Origin: Flectonema sp. DT1601
Taxonomy: Eukaryota
Direction of reading: 5' to 3'
Assembly (NCBI GenBank): GCA_964019425.1
Contig: OZ025801.1
Coordinates: 558,001 to 622,000, forward strand
DNA length: 64,000 nt
Part shown: positions 33,323-45,862 of the stretch, piece after piece
Layout: the number at the start of each line of letters is the position of its first letter
Numbering within the stretch: the stretch's first letter is position 1
Notes under the pieces: generated by a model
The model's database searches: none
What the model was told of the DNA's origin: nothing
The model's input: only the letters and a program-made list of their open reading frames with translations
Position numbers and translations under genes: made by a program

Positions 33323-34510
33323 TTATTATATTGCAGTCCTATATCTGCCCACGAAATCTCTTTTGTGACTACACTCGTTATTATCTTCGAATGAAATCAT
33401 TATTTTTATTCACTTATTTGTTTATTTATTTTTTTGCACAAAAAATATCAATCTTTTTTTTTTTTTTTTTTAAATCCTCTCGTTTCCAAATTATTTTCAA
33501 TAAAACATAACAGGCAGGAGGGTAGTAAATTAGAAAGCACCAGTAAAAATATATGAGAATAGGGAAGAAGAAAAAAATGGGGGGGGAAACAAGAAAAAAC
33601 TCACGACGCAAAGCAAAAATATGAGGGGAAAAAAAAAAGGCGGCAAAAAAAAATGGGGGAAATTTTGTGAAGTTTGGGAGATTAGGAAATATAGTTTCTT
33701 TTGTCACGGAACCTTAACGAAACAGAAGGGGTGTGTTTTTTGTTTTTTTTTTTTTTTTTTTTCTTTCTTCTTATTTTTTTTTTTCCCCACAAATAGACCT
33801 TAAATTTGTGCTCTGAAATAACGTTGTATAACTTCGTTCTATCGTCGTTTTTTTTTGTGTTTTTTCATTTTTTTTTATTTTTTTTTATTACATTCCATCA
33901 GTGTATTTTGGGGTCTCCTTTTTTTTCTCCCAAAAAAAAAAAAAAAAAAAAATTCCCACATAAGGAAAGGCCATCTAGCTAAACCCTGTCTGCACAGGAT
34001 TTGACTTGCTTCTGTCAAATAAAGCCAACTTGTATCCTGTAAGTCTTGTTAACAGTAGATCTATCCTGACCTCTGTAATCTTGTAGATTCAGCACCCCCA
34101 ACTTAAGCTGGGTTTAGGATTCCGCTGCGCTGGATAGTGATGTAGTTATGGCACTGGAGCGCAACGTCAGCAAAATTCTGATTAGAAATCCACACGCTTG
34201 ACTGAGACAACTCACCCCTCCCAGATAATCATCTCTGGAAACAGTTGGTCATCAATGGTGTGGAGAACGAATCCTTATCTTCAGGAACTTCAGAACGGAG
34301 AATACTCGATCAGCCTTAACTGATGTTACCAGCAATAAACAGGAGATATGCTAAGTGCACTCATCTTTGTCTGACTGCGTTGTGATATTCTGTAGCAGCT
34401 TCCACCAGAGCAACTAGATTTATTTATTTTTATTTTTTTTTTTTGGAGAATTTTAGGCCGAAATCCCCATACACCACATCCCATCTCGCACACAATTTTT
34501 TTTTTTTTAA

Positions 34511-36238
34511 CCCTCTAATAAGAGGCCAAAAACCCTGTTTTTGAGAAAAATCGAAAAATTTGACAAAGGGGAAAAGGGGTGTGGGGAAAAATACAAAAAA
34601 ATTACAGGGTGAAAGACACCCCCCCGCGCATTGAAAAAAAACTGAGGTCAGCCCGCAAGGGGGCCAAAATAACTTGAGAAAATGCAACAACAGCCTAAAA
34701 AAACACTGTTACTTAGGACCCCTGGGTTCGCTTTGATTTTGGCAATGTTGTAGGAGTAGAGTGCTTCCGTTTCATGTTTTTCGGTGGGATATGATTGTGT
34801 GTAGCAAAGGTATGGTTGTTGCAAACAGGGGCTGAATACTTGTCAATATTTTCGTGATATTGTTCGAAGCAGGGATCCATGCATAAGAAAACCTCGCTTT
34901 TTGAACAAGAAATCGATGACCTTACTTTTTTTGAGAACAAATCCGTGAACTGCAGTCCCCAAAAATACCGAATTTTCGTAGGTAGTGACATTTTGTGTGA
35001 GTTTGGTGTGTTCCGTGATCAATAAGTTGAGAACATAGCCTCTTTTTGAACTGAGCATATGTCCCGACGTCTTTTTCAGACTTCTTTTGGAGGGTGAAAA
35101 CATTGAAGATAGAAATCTCTAACAAGTAGTGAAAGACTTTCAGGGTCCAGCGTTTTGTCATCAGAGTTCTTCTTGCCTTCCCCCTGATACCGTCTACGAG
35201 GTCAACACCACCCATCAGTTTGTTGTACTGATGGATCTGTACCAGTAAGTCGATGGTCACTTTTTGATAGATTTCCTTATTTTAGTCCATCACGTGGCTG
35301 TCTCATAATTCTCCTCGAGAGGCAATGTGCTGAAGACATGTACTTCTTTTGGATTGTTCCTGAATTTATGTGATGCACATTGTGCTAGGACTGAAAGTAC
35401 GAGGCAGAGAACTTCTCCACCCGTCCCTGCGCCTCCGCCTTATTAATCTCGGACCATTTGGGAACTATTGTTTCCCAAAAGCTGCGGATTTTGTAGAGCT
35501 TGTCAGTAGGTACGGGGTTGGTGACAGTGTAAAACTTTAGATTGGTTCGAATTTAGAGGAACCGATCTCAGGAAGCGAAGTGGGGTGTGTACGCCGGGTC
35601 TGATGTACCGTTCCTGTAATCTTAGGGTAATCTGAGATATTTGGCTTATCACAGAGACCCACGAGGATATTGAGTCCTAAAGAGAGTTTGAGTTCAGCTA
35701 CGTTAAGATTGAGTGCCTAGTTGTTGCTGCAGTGCGAAATCATCTCATCACCTTTGGGGTGAACACAAGTTCAAATTTCTGCAGTTCCTTCATCAATTTC
35801 AGGTCTGACATGTTCTGCAAGGACCGCCGAAACGTGTGTCGTCTTACCTTGGTGATTTTCTTGCTCCATTTCAGAGGGGAAATGCTTGGCTCTATTGTAC
35901 TCTTTTCATCGCTCGAAGAAGACTCAGGAGCACCCGAATCTGGGATAGGTGACCCTACTGAATCATTTTCGATGGAAATAGCTTTAGGGATTTTAATTTT
36001 TGGCTGAAAACATGGGATAGTCATGGGCAACCTGGCTAAGACTGTTCCCAGTGCAGAAAAAAAAAAATGAACTTTTTCTCAGAAAAAGCTGGTGATTTTT
36101 GCAGCACGATCCCACATAAAATTTGTCGTTTTTTGGCAGCTCTGGCTCCACCCTTGTACTCACAAGGTACATTTTTCCCCTTTGTCAAAAAAAAAAAAAC
36201 GCGAAAGGCCACTATAGTGGCCTTCAGGGCTTAAAGGG
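34511..36238 (-). mobile_element. Internally deleted piggyBac DNA transposon
   Basis: TTAA|CCCT...AGGG|TTAA ends; 17-bp subterminal inverted repeats tttgacaaaggggaaaa (34559-34575) and ttttcccctttgtcaaa (36173-36189). Confidence 0.9.
34843..36030 (-). pseudogene. piggyBac transposase remnant
   Basis: YNKLMGGVDLVD...KRW..KVF.YLL, DKLYKIR and Cys-rich end LC.DPCFEQYH, broken by stops and frameshifts; central catalytic region appears missing. Confidence 0.88.
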
Positions 36239-37072
36239 TTAAATTTTTTTTTATTATTATTTTTTTAACAAGTCCCAAGGCATTCCTTCATCGCATTATA
36301 TTAGATTACCTTGTTTCTTTTTTCTTTTCTTTTTTTGTTAATTTTCTTTTTTTTTTTTTTTTTTTTTCTTCTTCTTCTTCTTAAACATCCGAAGAATTCA
36401 CCAAGAAGTATATTTCATCTCCGAGTAAAACTAGTAGAGCAAAGATACGATGAAAAGAGAGGGGCACGAACCAACAAACTGGCTGACATGAAACAGAAAT
36501 ACCAATAAAAAACATCGACATGGTAAACGTCGGTCAGCCGCAGAACTCTGATCACTGAACTGTGTCAATCAAACACTGAAAACCCAAATCGGGTATCTCG
36601 ACAACAGAAACAATAACTATCAGAGGGACTTGTTGGTAATTTAAAAAAAAAAAAAAAAAGAGAAGGGAAGGTTCATATAAGGAGATATCAAAGAGAGAAA
36701 GAAAAGAAAAAAACAAAAGAGGCGATTACTTAAATCGTATTCATTATACACCTTCCATGATAAAACATCTCTGATAAAGACACCCACGTTTATATTCAAA
36801 CTAGAATATATAGGTTTCAGAAGACCTGTATCGAGTTGCAATATTGACAGTTTTTTTTTTTCTTCCTCTTTTCCATTTGCCATTCAAAGGGAAAAAATTC
36901 GTTCTTCTCGATTTTCGTTCGGGTAGGTGGTAGGTGTTTGTTCACGAAAACCATAATCCAGTTGCAACTGTGAAAGTTAGAGAGGACTACGCGTGCTGCC
37001 ATTATTATTATTTATTTTTTTTTTTTCTCTTACAAATTCTTTTTGTTTAGGACGAAAAGAAAATCGAAGGGG

Positions 37073-37112
<40 letters not shown>

Positions 37113-37397
37113 CAAAAAAGTTTTCTGTTTCCAGAACATAAAAAGTAAAATATTTTCGCGCGTAAGCCAAAGGGCTTGTTGACCCTCCCGTAGGGTCATT
37201 TTGAAGGAAAAATCAACCGAGAAAACTAGCGAGGTATGGTTAAGTACACAATAACGTCACTGGTATCGGGCTCCTGTACATCTCCTCAACTGCTTTTTCA
37301 ACTGTGAGCATCAGTCTTCTCTTCTGATTATCAGAAAGGGAAAAAGAAATTGTAAATATAAAAAAAATTTACAAAAAAAAAAAAAAGAAAACGAATG

Positions 37398-38825
37398 CTA
37401 CAAGACGCTAACAACATATAAATTTCCAAACAAGTCACCCATGGCAACCTTTTGACATCCGGGTGTTATTTTAGTTATTGGTGATCGAGTAGATATGCAG
37501 TGAAATTCTACACCGTCTTCGAGAGTGAGAAGCTGAACGATTCTGTCAGTGCGGCCTAACATAATTAGTCCACCCGGGGCGAATGATGCACAGGTGTGTC
37601 TAACAGAGGGAGCTGGATTTTTGCGAGCGCCCATGGAGAGCACCTTTGGGATTGTTCCTTCGTGAATCTCTCCTCCTCCCAGTACCCGCGCCCATTTTGG
37701 GACCATTGTCTCACTGTCCCATGCGGCAACTGTACGTTCATCGCATGTTATTATCTTAGAACCGTCTGGTGAATAGCACATACTTCTTATTGGTGTGCTG
37801 TGACCTTCGATTTGATGAACTTCTTCACCACTCCTACTCTCAAAGATTGCTATCCTTCCTTCATTACTTCCACAAGCAACGAACTTTCCACTTGGACTGA
37901 ATGCGAGAGAGCAGATGGTTCCAGGAGATCCGTCGTATTTTGTAACTAGCCGACCGTTCATTTCAAAGACGAGAACGCAGCCGTTGGTGCCGCCTTCGTC
38001 ATCAAACATCTCGACACCAACAGCAAGAAGTTTAGAACATGGGGACATTCTGACTAGAATCATCCGAACTTCACCTTGTTCATCTTCAGAGAATGTCATT
38101 GTTTTTTTAACACGGAATGTATTCATATCCCATACGAGAACTGCTTCCATTCTGTGGACCGTTGCGAGTAATGCTCCGTCGACTGTGAATGAAGCATCAA
38201 CTGCGCTATCAAAACATTCTCGTCTACGACCGTCTAATGATCCACATATTACTTGTTGTCGAACATCTGTTACTCTAGCACTTGATTCGTTAGATCCGAT
38301 TGAAGCATCAGTGCTGACTAATAGCCAGTCGTTTGGAGAGAGAACAGCAACTCTAATTGATTTAGGATGTCCTTTAATCATTGTTACGTTAATTCGTTTT
38401 ACTCTAGCTGGTCGAGACCTTTTAGTTAGTAGTCCAGTAATGTCTATTGCATCTTCTGCTGCAGTGACTTCTGTTATTGTATCATCGTTCATCCCGAGGT
38501 GGACTTTGCCGAAATCGGTTTGGATCGCAACAGGTATCCTGCCTGGTTCTTTTGGTATTATTCGTTGTCCAGTAATTAGTTCCCAGAGAGCTCTTCTAGT
38601 ATCGACTTCGTCGTCGGGTATGTCTCCAAGCTTTACTCCCTTTCTATATTTCATAACCAAACTACTTGTAGTAAATTTAGGTTCCGCAGCAATCTCATCA
38701 GCCTGCACTACTACTTCGGCTTCCTCTGTTGGTGGAGGTCCTTTCTTCCCATCGTGCTTTTCTTCTTCCTTTGTTTCCAGGTACTTGTCACTTCTCTTGA
38801 CGTCGGAACTGGCGCCACATCCCAT
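37398..38825 (-). CDS. WD40-repeat protein with N-terminal dual-acylation motif
   Basis: Start MGCGASS (Gly2/Cys3); repeats LVWD, SLAFSPSG, GHSTPIRSMCYSPDG, AAWD. Confidence 0.88.
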   Translation of the reverse strand: MGCGASSDVKRSDKYLETKEEEKHDGKKGPPPTEEAEVVVQADEIAAEPKFTTSSLVMKYRKGVKLGDIPDDEVDTRRALWELITGQRIIPKEPGRIPVAIQTDFGKVHLGMNDDTITEVTAAEDAIDITGLLTKRSRPARVKRINVTMIKGHPKSIRVAVLSPNDWLLVSTDASIGSNESSARVTDVRQQVICGSLDGRRRECFDSAVDASFTVDGALLATVHRMEAVLVWDMNTFRVKKTMTFSEDEQGEVRMILVRMSPCSKLLAVGVEMFDDEGGTNGCVLVFEMNGRLVTKYDGSPGTICSLAFSPSGKFVACGSNEGRIAIFESRSGEEVHQIEGHSTPIRSMCYSPDGSKIITCDERTVAAWDSETMVPKWARVLGGGEIHEGTIPKVLSMGARKNPAPSVRHTCASFAPGGLIMLGRTDRIVQLLTLEDGVEFHCISTRSPITKITPGCQKVAMGDLFGNLYVVSVL

Positions 38826-39295
38826 TCTACTGGGAGTCTTTGGAAAGGGGGGGAAAAAAATGAATAATATTTTTTTTTTTTGTATCACATATGCAATTCA
38901 GGCTCGATTAAAAAAAACACCTCGTTAATGAGGTGAACGTGCACTATATTTTGTGTTTGTTCGTTTGTTTTTTTTTCGTTCTCTCTTCGAAGGGGTCTAC
39001 TGAAAAGTTAATTTCATAGACTATAACCAAACAGAGAATTAACGCTTCTTAAGCTAACAGTAACTAAACAGAGAACTAACTAGCTTCTTAATTAACTTAA
39101 GAAAAGAAAAAAGAGTGCAATTTTTTTTTTATTTTTTTTTTGAGTTCTCTCAGTTAGGCAAGATTTCCTTCCGACAGATGCACCCAGAATAAAACAGAGA
39201 AAAAAAAAAAAAAAAAGTAAACAAAAAGATAGTATACCTCAAGCAAAAGGAGAGAGGAAAAATAAATATAAAAAAAACTACAATACAAGATTTGG

Positions 39296-40190
39296 TCAGA
39301 TGTCAACATCGTAAATGTACTCACGAATGTCCTCTTGAGCAGCAGGAGGATGTATGTCGTGTAATTCAGGTATGGAATCATATAAGGCGGCGTTATCGTC
39401 ATGAACAGCCCAGGCTCTGGCGAGGGTTGAGTTAGGCAATCTCTGCATTAAGTTATCAGTTTCTAAATCGTTCATTAATTTATCCCATTCACGAACCCAA
39501 TGTCTCGAAGTATCACGTTTTGATGTTTGTCGATATTTTGGACTGTCCCGAGTTGGTTTTATTTTTTGAGGTTTTCGATCGCTGACACGCCTACCTGACT
39601 TCGTACTACGCTCAGTTGGTTCATAAACGGTAGAGACTTCACGAAGATCACCGTAGCTGGAACTGCAATGTGTGTGAGCTCCTGAATTGATTCCGCACGT
39701 TGGACACCTGCCTTTGAGAGCTTTATCACCAAAGATTACTTTTAGATCCTCGTCACTGAACCTATTTAGCTTTCCTGCGTATTGATTTAGCTGTCGGAGT
39801 CTACCAGCTGAAAACGATACCGATGATGGTTTCTTTCTTAACGATGATGACCTCGAGGAAACATCAGAATAGCTAGAAGAAGCTGCATACGTTGCAACTG
39901 GTGGAGACTGCGGTGGAATCGGAGGTGGCTTTATTAATTTCACGTAAACAGCTCCTCCGGATTTTAAATTTTCATCCTTCGGTTTCTTATTAAGACTGAT
40001 CGGTCTTCCACACCTACCATTATCACTGACGCATAATTGGTATCCATCAAACCCAGTTGTTATATGATTAATATTTAATATTCTCCTTAGCGTTGCTAAC
40101 TGTCCCTCAAACCCGAGGGATTTCCCGTTATCGACGGTCCAAATGAGACCGTTCTTGCTGTCTGTCTGTTTTAGTTTTTCTGAATAACTA
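39296..40190 (-). CDS. Hypothetical protein (probably 3' exon; 5' end unresolved)
   Basis: ~300 open codons with coding-like composition; the ORF-track start lies in an F1 repeat, which is likely intronic. Confidence 0.65.
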
Positions 40191-40195
40191 TAATA

Positions 40196-40287
40196 ACTTT
40201 TTTTATATTTCGTTGAAACGCAGACGGAATCCTGTCGCAACGGGATCAGCTTTCAATCTGAATAGTTTCTTCTGACTACATCTGTAC
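40196..40287 (+). mobile_element. Degenerate F1 copy
   Basis: ttatatttcgttgaaacgcagacggaatcctgtcgc...aatctgaatagtttcttctgactacatctgtac. Confidence 0.8.
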
Positions 40288-40676
40288 AAAAAAAAGGCGC
40301 ACTATTGGCGCTTCAGGGGATTGTTTGGCAAGTAGCCTGTCACAGATCAGCGGCCTGCCAGCTGAAGTTATTCCTGACACGGGGTCGATCAGCGCAGGAA
40401 ATGTCAGTTAATAAACCCTATCCCCCAAAAAAAAAAAATAGAAAGGGAAATAGAAATACCTTCACAGCATTAATTACCGATGGGTCACCAGTCACTTTCA
40501 GGATCATTTTTTTTTTTTTTGCTTAACCCTTTATACCTGTCGAGTAGGGAAGGCAGTTTACCATATCAACATAGAAAGAAAATAACAATTAAAAAAAAAA
40601 CAGTAATACAATCGGTTAGGCAATTATTATAATGAAAAAGGAAAAATGAAAATGAAAAAAAAAAAAAATGTGTAAA

Positions 40677-42242
40677 TTATCCTTCATCAGCACGCGCCTG
40701 ATCTTTTCCCCAAGTGGTTAGATTGTTGTTTAGGTCAGAGTAGGCTGCTCTTACCTTGCGGATTCTGTGAGTCAAGAGTACTTTAACTTCAGCCATAGGG
40801 ATGATTGCTCTTAGGTTAATTATAACTGAGCAAGTGTACGACGACAATACTACCCAAGTAGCTAATATCGTTATTGAGATTTTTTCAGAATTGTAACGAG
40901 CAAAGGCAGTTGACTGTTTCACAGCATGTAGAACAATCAACCTCTTTCCATAAATATCAATAATATGAACGTCAACGAAATAAGCCTCACCGTCAGAATC
41001 ATCTATTGAGAATGAAAGGAAATCTCCAACAACATTTTGTGTCATGACTGCCTTTTCAAATGAGTCGTACGATCCGTATTCTTTTAGTATTTTTACACCT
41101 AATAAATAAACATATTTATCACTGCTCTCGTGAGGATATATTCTTGTTATGTTGTTGGACATGATTGGTGCTCGCAATGAACTTCCGAATAGCAATCCTG
41201 TTTCACTGAATGAGCAAATCTTATTATCAGCGTCGGTTGTACTACACCCTGATGGTAGAGGTAGGCCTCCTTTGCAATGGTTACACATGTTGTTAATTTC
41301 ATAATCGATTGAGATGGGTGCATGATTACCTTGAATTGGTGATGCTCCCAACAAGACTGTTTTATGACCAGGAGAGAAGATATGACTTGAAAGTTGATCT
41401 TCAATCTCTGACAAAGGAATGAATACGCCAGCTGCGTTAGTGTAATTTTGATCAGTCAATCCCCTAACACATGCAATGCCCGGATTTAAGACTGATTTCA
41501 CTGACGGAAAACTAAAAACTGTAGTCCAATTCACTTGCAATGGATTGGTCCAGTTCTGGACCATAGTAGTGAAAGCTTGATCTCTTAGCTGCCATTCATG
41601 ATTTCTAAATGATGTATTTTCATATTCAATGACGTCCCTAAAACCGACAGCAGCTATCGTTTCAACAGAAACATTAACAGCAAACAACAACAAATTGTAA
41701 GACAGAAACGGAGCTGAAACGTCTTTCATTTTTTTTAAATTATCAGGTGTCGCGTGGTTCAATGTTATATTTTTCTGAACAATCTTGTGATACAAAACAT
41801 TTGATACGTACAAAGGTTGGACAAAGAGAGTTTCTAACACACTGCCTATCGAATAAGACTCTCGCTCTCGTAGGATGAGCGCGAGTTCTCCACTGGTTTC
41901 ATGCATGGCTTGGATGCAGGCAGCAGTAGTTGAAAACCCAGCAATCAAAACAATAAAACTAGATATCGTTAACATCATCTTCACAATGACGGATCTTCTG
42001 CTTATTTTACAATTCCATCCAAGTTCACGTTTTTCATTAGAACAGCCGGCGCAGGTGTCGTATCCGCATTCTTCACAAGCTCCAAACGAACTATTTTCAC
42101 AAATCATACCTCCGCAAACATCACATTGCCTCTCATTATTATAGGCAATCAGATCACTCAGTGGATGACCAGCAGGACATTTTCCAATTAAGTTTTCGTT
42201 GTCTACTTCGTACTCTGAAGTTGATCTTTTCTTACGTGTCAT
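40677..42242 (-). CDS. Two-TM receptor-like protein with N-terminal Cys-rich finger
   Basis: CPAGH..CDVC..C..CGYDTC..C, then a TM segment, a ~340-aa extracellular-like region with many N-x-S/T sites, a second TM and a short tail. Confidence 0.75.
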   Translation of the reverse strand: MTRKKRSTSEYEVDNENLIGKCPAGHPLSDLIAYNNERQCDVCGGMICENSSFGACEECGYDTCAGCSNEKRELGWNCKISRRSVIVKMMLTISSFIVLIAGFSTTAACIQAMHETSGELALILRERESYSIGSVLETLFVQPLYVSNVLYHKIVQKNITLNHATPDNLKKMKDVSAPFLSYNLLLFAVNVSVETIAAVGFRDVIEYENTSFRNHEWQLRDQAFTTMVQNWTNPLQVNWTTVFSFPSVKSVLNPGIACVRGLTDQNYTNAAGVFIPLSEIEDQLSSHIFSPGHKTVLLGASPIQGNHAPISIDYEINNMCNHCKGGLPLPSGCSTTDADNKICSFSETGLLFGSSLRAPIMSNNITRIYPHESSDKYVYLLGVKILKEYGSYDSFEKAVMTQNVVGDFLSFSIDDSDGEAYFVDVHIIDIYGKRLIVLHAVKQSTAFARYNSEKISITILATWVVLSSYTCSVIINLRAIIPMAEVKVLLTHRIRKVRAAYSDLNNNLTTWGKDQARADEG

Positions 42243-42618
42243 GGTTGGTTCTTCTTATGGTAAATTAAGAGAGGAATCGATTCATTATTCTTTTTTTGTT
42301 GTTGTTGTTTTTGCTTGAAAGAAATAAAACATATCAAAAGAAAGGTTGTGCGAGTGGAAAAAAAACGTGAGTTATTATTATTTTTTTATTTTTTTCCCCA
42401 TCCTTCTCATTGCACACGTTCGAATAAGGCAATCTCAGATAAGATGTTGTGTATTGTTACATGTTATTGTGACAATTTGAAGAAGGGAAGAAAAAAAAAA
42501 GAAAAAAATGTTAAGAGTCGGGGATTGAACTTGAAGCGATCTCCAAACATCACAAGTTGGAAAAAATAACCACCAAGGAAATAATAACTGTGGCTGGGAT
42601 AGTGGAATTTTCTTACAT

Positions 42619-43295
42619 CATAGATGGAAGTGCCCTCCAAATTTGGAGGGCGCCTGGTGAAAATCAGCCACAAAAATTTGTAGGGCCAAAATAGGGCGCT
42701 GGAGGGCGCTTTTTTAATTAAATTTAATATAATGCCGAGCTCATTTTGACACACCCCTGCCCTCAGCGAGGGTCGAATCGCATCTTATTTGACTTTTCTC
42801 CGGTTCGCCCGATCAAATGCGTCTCTGGGATATCAGTTTACTTGCCACCAGTAAATTTCTTTTTTTTCTCACAAGGTACCGTGAAGACCGGCCTATTAAC
42901 AGGTTAGCAGGAACGCACTCTCCCTCCTCTTGAATCCCTCTATATTCGACTCGGTGCCTTCTGCGGGCTAATCAGCTCCTTGCAGATCTGGGATGCATCG
43001 TCCACTGAAATGAGTTTCAGCTTCAGGGTTTGCAGCAGGCTCCGGAAGCTCTCAAGGAGTAGCCCATTGTTTTTGCCATTGTTGACCGTCGAACCATTAC
43101 CTGGAGGTCTCGGGTTCGAACCCCGTGACACCCTTTTTTCTCTTTTTCGAAAGACTGCCAAGCATGTCAAAAACAGTTTTTTTGGCTAGTAATAAAAAAG
43201 GTAAAAAAAAAGCGCCCTCCAAAATAATATTTATATTAAAAGCGCCCTACAAGAGCCCTACACGCCCTCCAAATTGTAGGGCACTTCCATCTATG
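42619..43295. mobile_element. Non-autonomous TIR DNA transposon (MITE), 677 bp
   Basis: Perfect 18-bp TIR CATAGATGGAAGTGCCCT (extends imperfectly to ~33 bp), 6-bp TSD TTACAT (42613-42618 and 43296-43301), subterminal gccct(c/a)c repeats. Confidence 0.95.
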
Positions 43296-43302
43296 TTACA
43301 TA

Positions 43303-43335
<33 letters not shown>

Positions 43336-43496
43336 ATAACTTTTTTGTTAAAAAACAAATCACCTGTAACAAGGACAGTGATATTTTTTTTTATAAAATG
43401 AGGGATGTTGAACAGTCAAGTTAAAAACTTCCTCATAATAATTCTTTTTTTTATATTTTCTTTTTTTTGTTTTTGTTTGTTTGCCCTAAACAATTC

Positions 43497-44852
43497 TCAG
43501 AGCTCCTCGTCTTGCTCTTCGCTTATCCTCCGTTCTTTATTTTTATTCTTCTTTTCTTGGTTTCGATCTCTCGCTTGCTGTAACATCGTTTTCGCTGTCA
43601 CGATCACAGACTCTAAAATTAACTTTTGTTGCAACCGATACTTTACGATTGCCAACTCTTCAACGTCAGTTATACCTTCATCAAGAAGTTGCTTATCTTC
43701 ACTTGAAGTGGTTTCAAATAATTGTAATTCCTCTTTGAGAATTTTTGCAGCATATTTCATAGTCGCTATTTCGTTATTTGCGCAATAAAGAAGTTTCTTA
43801 TAAGACATCGACGTACCGTATTTTAAACATGGTTTTGCCTTCGACGGTTTTACTGAGAGCACAGCAGAAAATAATAAAACAGGTTCGGATAGTTCGTCTT
43901 TGTGAAGACAAACTGAGGTTTGTGTTTTTGAGGTTTTTAAGAAATCAAGTTTGCGAGAATAAAGTTCGATATCAGGAGTTAAGTATCTTTGTAATTGAAA
44001 TTTGTAGCATTCGTATGGATTAGCGTCAGGAACGAAACCATGATGTTGAAAATAAATAGCGTTAGTGTTATCACCATAGCTTTCAAAGACTTGATTATTC
44101 TGTGCTACATTTCTATCTGATTTTACAATCGCATCACCGTTCGTTAACAGACTGTGGTATGTTAAGAATTTCTGGCTTCGCATACCTTTATACTTAGTCC
44201 AGTCAAAGCTGAGATCTTCATCATCTAATGCGTGATTAAACATTCCAGCAACCGGAATAAGGTATTCCTCCCCCTGTAGGTGCCATGCTCTCGTTGACAA
44301 CACTCCTCTTGCCCATAAGTAATCATCAAAAGCAATGTCTTCGCCAAGGAGTTTCTCAAGCATAACCCATGTGTGTTTTGTTTCTTTTAAGTTTGTTGCA
44401 GCGGCTTTTCTCGCATCTTCAGGCTCTATAGACGCAAGTCGATCATTGCTGTATTGTAGCGGTGTATAAAATTTCTCAGGTAACATTCTAAGCCAAACGT
44501 AAAATCTGCTGCTTGAATCTTTTTTTCTCTCACTAATTAACCACCACACCAATAATTCGTGATTCGTAAGGGATTTTGATAGTTGCTGGACATAGTACCA
44601 TTTTCTAACGTTTTCTCCAGAGATGACCCATTGAGATGGGATGCGCAAGACTACTTCGCCTTTGCTGATATCTCTCGTCGCAAATAATCCTAACCCCCAA
44701 TTACTGTTACGGACTTCCATGGCAGTATTTTCAGAAGCCATGCTCTGATACCACTCCTTGAAATCGTGTAGCGATTCTTCTGTTTTCTCACTGTTTGCGA
44801 CTACTGTTGTGAATGCAGCTAGCGCTACAGTCAACCATTTCATGGTTGTCAT
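43497..44852 (-). CDS. SET-domain methyltransferase (Rubisco-LSMT/SETD3-like) with signal peptide
   Basis: GLGLFATRDI, TRAW, LIPVAGMFNH, QVFESYG..N..YFQHHGFV..NPY; hydrophobic N-terminus; ends QDEEL. Confidence 0.9.
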   Translation of the reverse strand: MTTMKWLTVALAAFTTVVANSEKTEESLHDFKEWYQSMASENTAMEVRNSNWGLGLFATRDISKGEVVLRIPSQWVISGENVRKWYYVQQLSKSLTNHELLVWWLISERKKDSSSRFYVWLRMLPEKFYTPLQYSNDRLASIEPEDARKAAATNLKETKHTWVMLEKLLGEDIAFDDYLWARGVLSTRAWHLQGEEYLIPVAGMFNHALDDEDLSFDWTKYKGMRSQKFLTYHSLLTNGDAIVKSDRNVAQNNQVFESYGDNTNAIYFQHHGFVPDANPYECYKFQLQRYLTPDIELYSRKLDFLKTSKTQTSVCLHKDELSEPVLLFSAVLSVKPSKAKPCLKYGTSMSYKKLLYCANNEIATMKYAAKILKEELQLFETTSSEDKQLLDEGITDVEELAIVKYRLQQKLILESVIVTAKTMLQQARDRNQEKKNKNKERRISEEQDEEL

Positions 44853-45831
44853 TTTTTTTTTTTTTTTTCTTTTATTCGAAAGAAACGAAGTTAAACAGCT
44901 GCTTTCTTACAGACTTTACGACCGTGGAAGAAACACTCAAACGCATGACCTGTTCAAACGAAAAAAGAATAATAAATAATATTTACAACAACAGTGAAGA
45001 CAACCAACAAACTGCAAAGGCAAGGCAGGTTTTTTTTTTTTTTTTTTAAAAGAAAAATGAATCAGGAAAACAAATAACCAGACAATAGAACATAGTGATT
45101 TCCCCCCTTAGGAAAAAGAAGGAGGGAAGGAAGTTGAAAAAGAAAGTGAACAAAATAAAAGCATTTCAAGATGCTGCTTTGACGAATGTAGGAAAAAGGG
45201 AGAAGCACCTCTATTCAGTGCAGTGCATAAGAGATCTCGCATCAGCAAAGAAACGCGTTTTGCAACAGTCCCAATTAGAGAAGCTTTCTTTTTTTTTTTT
45301 TTTTTTTTTTTTTTTCCACCTGGTGATGAATGTCTTCGAAGCAGACAATTTATATAACAGTTTTATTTTTTTATTTTTATATTTTTTTTTTTCGCACGTC
45401 TTGGAAGTTAGAAAGAGATAATTGCTTACCCTTTTTCTTAACTTCAATTTACTTTTTTTTTTTCTTTTTTTTTTTAAGTCCAAGAGAAAGATGATCATTA
45501 CTATGATGAAAAATGCCCTTCTCTCATTCACCTCTCAAAAAATAACGACTTTTCCCCTCAAAGTCACATAAAAGTGTTTTTAGCAACTAGTAGATAAAAA
45601 TAAAAAAAAATAATAAGGCAATCAGTGAAAAAAAAAGAAGAAGAAAAAAAAACACTACAGAGAAAAGACACGCAAAAACGCAGTAGTAAAAAAAAATTAA
45701 ATAAAAAAAAAAACAGCAAAACGCATGTAAGAAAGGGAGGTTTTAGTCATTTTTATTTTTTTTTTTTTCCCTTCCATCCTCGGAATGAGTGAGATAAAGA
45801 CTTAAACACCTCGGTTTTCCGGGTGTATCAA

Positions 45832-45862
<31 letters not shown>

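Noticed and set aside
29436..33803. Many short Phe/Lys-rich ORFs
   Set aside because: Artefacts of poly-T/poly-A tracts.
33979..33987. Telomerase RNA template CTAAACCCT
   Set aside because: Would specify TTTAGGG whereas euglenozoans are known for TTAGGG; a 9-mer match is expected by chance.
37915..38928. 337-aa plus-strand ORF
   Set aside because: Antisense shadow of the WD40 gene with no motifs.
43060..43140. tRNA gene
   Set aside because: Only a T-arm-like segment; no D-arm or acceptor stem.
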